In this document: positions 61,103 to 64,000 of the stretch, in pieces
Layout: every line of letters starts with the position of its first letter
Numbering within the stretch: position 1 is the first letter of the stretch
DNA from: Acidobacteriota bacterium
Lineage (GTDB): Bacteria > Acidobacteriota > UBA6911 > RPQK01 > JAJDTT01
Length of the DNA stretch: 64,000 bases
Assembly (NCBI GenBank): GCA_965263035.1
Contig: OZ253580.1
Span: 3,008,001 to 3,072,000 of the forward strand
Direction of reading: 5' to 3'
Made by a program: the position numbers and the translations under genes
Notes under the pieces: model-generated
Databases searched by the model: none
Seen by the model: the letters and a program-made list of their open reading frames with translations, nothing else
Told to the model about the DNA's origin: nothing

Positions 61103-62030
61103 GACCCACGGCGTCGTCGAAACTCGATCCGGACGACGAGATCCTCGATTCGTGCTCTCGCCGAGTGCAGTGATGACCTGCTGGGGTCGTCTTTCCTGCC
61201 TCCAATGCCGGTCCTGCGGGCCGGGAGGCTCAGAAGGACTGACGCCGCCTCACGAACCGGTTCGTTTTCGCGCTGCTCGACCACGAAGCCAGCACCATCA
61301 CCGTCGCACCAAGCGTCGCGCGCGACACGATTGAAGAGGGCAGGGGGGCGCTGCCCCCCTGAGACCCCCGGATGCAAAGAGATACACACCACTCTTAAAT
61401 CCCTGGAAAGAAAGCGCCGAGGCCCCCTCGTTACGCGGTATCCCATTGTGGAAAATCAGAGATTTCCCACAACGTGAGCCCTTTTGCTGACGCCTCCATC
61501 AGTCCCCCCACAGAAGAAAGAACGCTCTGTCAATGGTCAAAACCCTGACATTTTCTATGGCCATTGACATTCAGCGGGAGGAAGTCTTGCTCCCCAACGA
61601 CAGAAGGAGTATTACAACCTAGACCAACGTAAACCGCACTAATAAACCGTCCACGAAAACGGGACACCTTCAGAGAGCCTTTGAGAAGTCAGCAGAGGTC
61701 ATAGTAGCGAAGAAGCCGGATAATGCCGGTGGAGCGAAGGACCGAAGGAGTCGGACGGGCCCTATGGTGGACTCGTCAGCGGGATCGCAAATACCTCCGA
61801 AAACGGGGCGGGGGGAGGCCCCTCGGACCCGGCACGGAAGGCCCAAGGGTGGAACCCGTCAAGCCGGAAGGGCGGAGATCAAGTCCCAGCGGCGGCGAAA
61901 ACCGGAAAGAAAGGCCCTTTACGAGGCTCGAAAGAGCCTCGAGTGACTCCAACCGCCGGATACTGAAAACGGTACGTCCGGTGGTGTGGGAGGGTGCAGG
62001 GGCGCAATCCCCTGCGCCCGACCCGATCTT

Positions 62031-63077
62031 TCAAAACCACGCGTTCTTGTCGACCACGTTCTTGACCGGCCGGCTGGCGGCGTATCGCCGGACGTTGTCC
62101 ACTACCACCTGAGCGAAACGATCAGGGATCCTGGGGGATCGGGCGGCGCAGTGCGGCGTCAGGATGACGTTCTCCATCCGCCAGAGAGGATGCTCCGGGG
62201 GAAGCGGCTCGATTTCGAACACGTCGAGGCCGGCGCCGGCGATCTCCCCCGCCTCCAGCGCCGCGACCAGATCGTTCAGGTCGACGATGACTCCGCGGCC
62301 GATGTTGATCAGAAAGGCGGTCCGCTTCATCTGCCGGAATTGGGGCCGCCGGAACATCTTGACCGTTTCCGGCGTATGAGGCGCGGAAATCACGACGAAA
62401 TCGCTCTCCACCAGCAGGTCTGCCAGCCGTTCCGGCTTCCAGAGCGACTCCACGCCCGGCGGACATTCCTCTCGCTTGGGGTCGACCGCCAGCACCCGCA
62501 TCCCGAAGGCCAGGCCTCGGCGGGCCACCTCCGATCCGATGCTGCCCAGACCGACCACGCCCAGAGTGGTGTCCGAAAGGTGGATGTGGGCCCAGTCGCT
62601 GGGAGCGACGTCTCGCAGGCTTCGCACGAAGTCGGGGACTTTCCAGCTAGGGTCTCCAACCACCTCCCAAGTTCTTTTCGCCTGGTTGCGGATGTAGTGG
62701 TGCAGGTTCCGGGCGAAGCAGAGGATGAAACCGAAAACGTGTTCGGCGATGACGTCCGAGAAGATCCCTCGCATGTTGGTCACGATCGCGGGGTGATCCA
62801 CCAGGGCGGGGAAGAGATAGTGTTCCATGCTGGCGCTGCCGGCCTGAATCCAGCGCAACCGGGTTTCCGCTGCCAGTAGCTTGGGCGTCATCTTGCCGAA
62901 AAAAGCGTCGGCGTCCACCAGGGCAGCGGCTGCGGCGTCCTCGTCGGGTGCGTTCACCACGGTGCCGCCGTCACCCGCAGCTTCCACGATCGCGGCGAGG
63001 CGGTGAGCATCCACGGCGGGATAGATCACCAGCTTGAAGATTCGCTTCGGGCTTTGGTTTTGGTGTTCCGTTGTCAT
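62031..63077 (-). CDS. D-2-hydroxyacid dehydrogenase
   Basis: GLGSIG, INIGRG, LDVFEIEPLP, LTPHCA. Confidence 0.92.
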   Translation of the reverse strand: MTTEHQNQSPKRIFKLVIYPAVDAHRLAAIVEAAGDGGTVVNAPDEDAAAAALVDADAFFGKMTPKLLAAETRLRWIQAGSASMEHYLFPALVDHPAIVTNMRGIFSDVIAEHVFGFILCFARNLHHYIRNQAKRTWEVVGDPSWKVPDFVRSLRDVAPSDWAHIHLSDTTLGVVGLGSIGSEVARRGLAFGMRVLAVDPKREECPPGVESLWKPERLADLLVESDFVVISAPHTPETVKMFRRPQFRQMKRTAFLINIGRGVIVDLNDLVAALEAGEIAGAGLDVFEIEPLPPEHPLWRMENVILTPHCAARSPRIPDRFAQVVVDNVRRYAASRPVKNVVDKNAWF

Positions 63078-63078
63078 T

Positions 63079-64000
63079 TCATGCTCCCTGGGAATCGATG
63101 AGCGAACTCACTCTGGGCCTGATGACGGTGCACCCAAGGGTGCGAAAGTCTTCTTGCAGGTCGCGGAAGGTCTCGTCGGACCCGCAGATTCCGACGACGG
63201 CTCCCCCCGAACCGGCGTATTTCGCGCAGACTCCGTGGGACCGCGCCAGCTCGATCATCTCGACGTTCTTGGGGTCCAACCTGGACAGACCGGATCGAAT
63301 ATCGAAGTTCCGGTCCATCAGGCGCGCCAACTCTACTGCGTCCCCTTGCAATAGGCATTCTCTCCCCTGCCGCGCAAGATCCGCGAACTGTTCCATGGCC
63401 CGATGTACCGCTCGCTCTCCCCGGTTCCAGCGGCCTCTCAAATCGGTGTGGTAGATGCCGGAGATCTGGCCCAGGTCGTTGCGGAATGCCAGGTAGATCG
63501 GGGGCAGCAGGCCGGGATCGAGGGACTCGTAGAGTCCGTGCCCGAGGCGGCTCATGGTCTCCCGGTTGAAATCCATGTAAACGAGTCCTTCGTAGACTTG
63601 ACAGACGCGGTCCTGGAGGCCCGCGTCGATGCCGATCTCCTCCGTTTCCACCGAGAGGACGAGTCCGGGCAGAATCTCCCGGGGGATGGACACCTGGTAG
63701 AACTCGGCCAGGCCCCGCATGGCCGCGGTGATAATCGCGCTGGATCCTCCCAGGCCCACCTGGCGCGGAATGTCGGTCTCGTACCTGAGGGAAAAGTTCT
63801 GCTGAGGGAGTCGAATCTTCTCTCGCCAGCAGTATTCCGCGAAGACCTTGATCGTGGCCTTGACCAGGCGGAGACCGCCGTAGAGCCCGTTGAGCCGGAC
63901 GTCGTCCACCAGGTCCTCCAGCTGCCGGAACTCGCAGCGGTCCTGGCGGCTCAGAATGATTTCCAGTTCGGGCCACTCGTAGACGACGACCTTGGCGGAG
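63079..64000 (-). CDS. GHMP-family sugar kinase, glucuronokinase-like (5' end outside window)
   Basis: IPRQVGLGGSSA, AGLQDR, KYAGSGGA; frame open to the window edge. Confidence 0.85.
   Translation of the reverse strand, partial: SAKVVVYEWPELEIILSRQDRCEFRQLEDLVDDVRLNGLYGGLRLVKATIKVFAEYCWREKIRLPQQNFSLRYETDIPRQVGLGGSSAIITAAMRGLAEFYQVSIPREILPGLVLSVETEEIGIDAGLQDRVCQVYEGLVYMDFNRETMSRLGHGLYESLDPGLLPPIYLAFRNDLGQISGIYHTDLRGRWNRGERAVHRAMEQFADLARQGRECLLQGDAVELARLMDRNFDIRSGLSRLDPKNVEMIELARSHGVCAKYAGSGGAVVGICGSDETFRDLQEDFRTLGCTVIRPRVSSLIDSQGA

Larger units (their letters stand above)
59891..61672 (+). mobile_element. IS3-family insertion sequence (1782 bp)
   Basis: TG...CA ends; IRs TGGAGTTGACCCGCTTTCGTGGAC / GTCCACGAAAACGGGACACCTTCA; 3-bp GAG target duplication. 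Confidence 0.93.
59627..62027 (+). mobile_element. ORF-less group IIC intron interrupted by IS3 (616 nt without IS and duplication)
   Basis: 5' GTGCGCCCG right after a GC-rich hairpin; domain V AACCGCCGGATACT-GAAA-ACGGTACGTCCGGTGGT with CGC triad; 3' CCCGAT; EBS1 GAGC (59803-59806) matches exon GCTC. Confidence 0.88.

Noticed and set aside
61723-62112. Intron-encoded reverse transcriptase
   Set aside because: Short ORFs with no RT motifs; they overlap intron domains III-VI.

Overview
GC-rich bacterial chromosomal segment, probably from Acidobacteriota (inferred from protein styles, not proven). 1-33 kb is mostly housekeeping: rnc, thiL, tlyA-ispA-xseAB, accD-folC, acyl-CoA carboxylase, transaldolase, ligA, lysC-dapBAD, iscSU and hsp20. 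A 1.1-kb intergenic region at 24.5-25.65 kb holds a DnaA-box cluster and a promoter-bounded, ~470-nt, highly structured RNA candidate that matches no RNA class I recognise. Downstream of tRNA-Phe (34.2 kb) is a toxin-antitoxin/gene-fragment patchwork whose junctions repeatedly carry the same 26-bp site. A cassette with a proteasome-like protease and RelE lies between 394-bp diverged direct repeats. At 58.9-62.0 kb two different ORF-less group II introns have each invaded one member of a REP-like palindrome pair, and an IS3 element is nested in the second intron. Four copies of a 161-bp MITE are dispersed through the window. No CRISPR array, rRNA or integrase was seen. All product calls come from visual motif recognition, and RNA structures were paired by hand; no searches or folding programs were run.
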